From assembly GCF_963921235.1 (NCBI RefSeq), contig NC_086101.1, positions 9,178,001 to 9,242,000 on the forward strand: a stretch of DNA of 64,000 nt, written 5' to 3'. Shown here one piece after another: positions 62,276 through 64,000 of the stretch. The notes beneath the pieces were generated by a model. It was not told where the DNA came from. It searched no databases and saw only the letters and a program-made list of their open reading frames with translations. Source of the DNA: Mobula hypostoma. Taxonomy: Eukaryota. The translations under genes and the position numbers were made by a program. The stretch's first letter is position 1. Each line of letters opens with the position of its first letter.

Positions 62276-62879
62276 AATCCCATTGCATCTCTGTATTTTG
62301 AATCCTTTCCCCATCCAAATAATAGTCTGCCTGTTTATTCTTCCACCAATGTGCATGACCATACACGTTCCAACATTGCATTTCATTTGCCATTTCTTTG
62401 CCCATTCCCCTAAACTATCAAAGTCTCTCTGCAGTCTCTCTGTTTCCTCAACACTACCTGCTCTCGGAGGAGCTGACCAACCCCTCAAAGCAATTCATCA
62501 CAGTGGATGTGAGCTACTGGACAGTAGCAGGTTAGACAGCATCAATAACCGGTCAACGTTCGGACCAAGACTCCATAAAAAATGGAGAATGGGGAAGAAG
62601 CGAGAATATGGTAGCTCGTGGGGCGGGTTGGGAGGGGAGGGAAGGAGTAAAAACTGGCAGGTGAAAGGTGAGACAAAATGAGATGGGCGTGTGGTTGGGG
62701 GAGGCGGTGAATATGAAGCTGGGCAGGTGGAAGAGTTAAAGGGCCGAAGAGGATTGTGATGGGAGTGCACAGTGGACCCATCCCCCCGCCCCTAGAGGCA
62801 GCCACACTGGAGGGTCATCTCAGCTGTGTCTCCACCGGGTTGAGCCGAATCCAACTTGACAACAATGTGCAGAATGGTC

Positions 62880-63190
62880 ACTCATCGCCCTGTTGTGGTG
62901 ACTGATGCTGAGATATATCCCAGGATGCGCTGGAGCCCGTCATCAGTAATGTAACCTGCGGTCATCGGGTGTTTTGGGTCTTTCAGGTGACCCAGTCAAG
63001 GACAGTCAGGCCCTGGCTTGTGTCCTTGCATCATGGGTCCACGGTTCATGCCTCTTAAACCGTACACATCTGGAGGCTCACTCAGCAGCCTCTGAGATGG
63101 CCCTGACAGCTCTTTTCTTCGCAGCCCCCGTAATTTCAAGGAAAAAGGTAGTTCAGCATAGCGAGAGGCAGCAAAACAGATACAACCCAC
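62880..63190 (-). mobile_element. Hero/R2-group (restriction-like endonuclease) retrotransposon 3' end
   Basis: Frameshifted GC..FAA...KKRAVRAISEAAE*ASR...KR.EPW resembles Hero-type C-termini. Confidence 0.5.
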
Positions 63191-64000
63191 CTCTATATGC
63201 TCACATCATTTCATCCACCCGTCTCTCTACCAGCTCCTGGCATTTGGCTTTCATACATTCAAACCAGATTTCTGTCCCAAGAGAGTGGAAAGGGAAATAC
63301 AAGTAGAGCGAACAATAGTAACTGGGTGAGATCAGAGGAAGCTATTTTTGGCACTGGGAATCTGGTCAAAAAAACGCACCAGCACCTCTTCCTCCTCAGG
63401 AGGCCAGAGAAATTCGTCATGTACCTTCATGTCAAGGGTATTGTCATCTGACTGTACATATATACAACCAAATGAAACATCATTCCTCCAGACCACGGTG
63501 CACTAATATAACATACCTCAGTATATTTTTATTTATTTGAACAATTTATCTTCTTCTGCACATTGCTTTTTTGTCAGTCTTTCTTTATGTAGAGTTTTCC
63601 TGAATTCTATTTTTTTCTTAATTTTCTTGTAAATGCCGGCATAAAAATGAATCTCAAGTTTGTACATATAGGTATTTTAAAATAAATTTTACTGAACACT
63701 CAGTAGTGTTACAGAGGACAACAGGGAGCCATCCCCAACATCCAAGCCAATGTCTATCACAAAAACAACACAGAGCAAAAGAGCCATTTTAGAACATAGA
63801 ACATAGAACTACAATGTCATGCTGACCGTGTAACCTACTCTAGAAACTGCCTATAATCTCCCTACTACAAAGTCCTCTGTTTTTCTAAGCTACATGAACC
63901 AATCTAAGAGTCTCTTAAGAGACCCTATTGTATCCACCTCTACCACCATCACTTGCAGTACATTCCACGTACCCACCACTCTGTGTGTAAAGCTGACATC

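Noticed and set aside
62925..63000. CTGATGA and GAAA words in the Hero-like 3' UTR as another hammerhead
   Set aside because: I could not build stems I-III around the boxes in this copy.

Overview
Eukaryotic (vertebrate) genomic DNA, most likely from a cartilaginous fish (ray or shark), inferred from the dense CR1 LINEs, HE1/V-SINE-like SINEs and Penelope remnants. The window holds one apparently intact host gene on the minus strand: a six-coding-exon class IV TRIM (RING-B-box-coiled-coil-PRY/SPRY, 471 aa, 41988-53907), with IRF/ISRE, ETS and CTCF-like motifs just upstream of its ATG. A decayed paralogous TRIM pseudogene lies on the plus strand (about 15100-20950). Most of the rest is nested retroelements: CR1, Rex/Babar, L2, Tx1, Hero-like, RTE-derived non-autonomous elements, Penelope GIY-YIG fragments and at least five solo LTRs. 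The most notable non-coding signals are (i) a family of minimal type I hammerhead ribozyme motifs in Penelope-like termini, with one intact core at 32885-32922; (ii) fold-back mini-elements built from those termini; (iii) candidate HDV-like ribozyme folds in RTE-derived elements; (iv) a duplicated module carrying CTCF sites with the upstream motif; and (v) a solo LTR flanked by a 111-bp direct duplication instead of a 4-bp TSD. Repeat family names come from motif recognition by eye, not from database searches, and many repeat boundaries are approximate.
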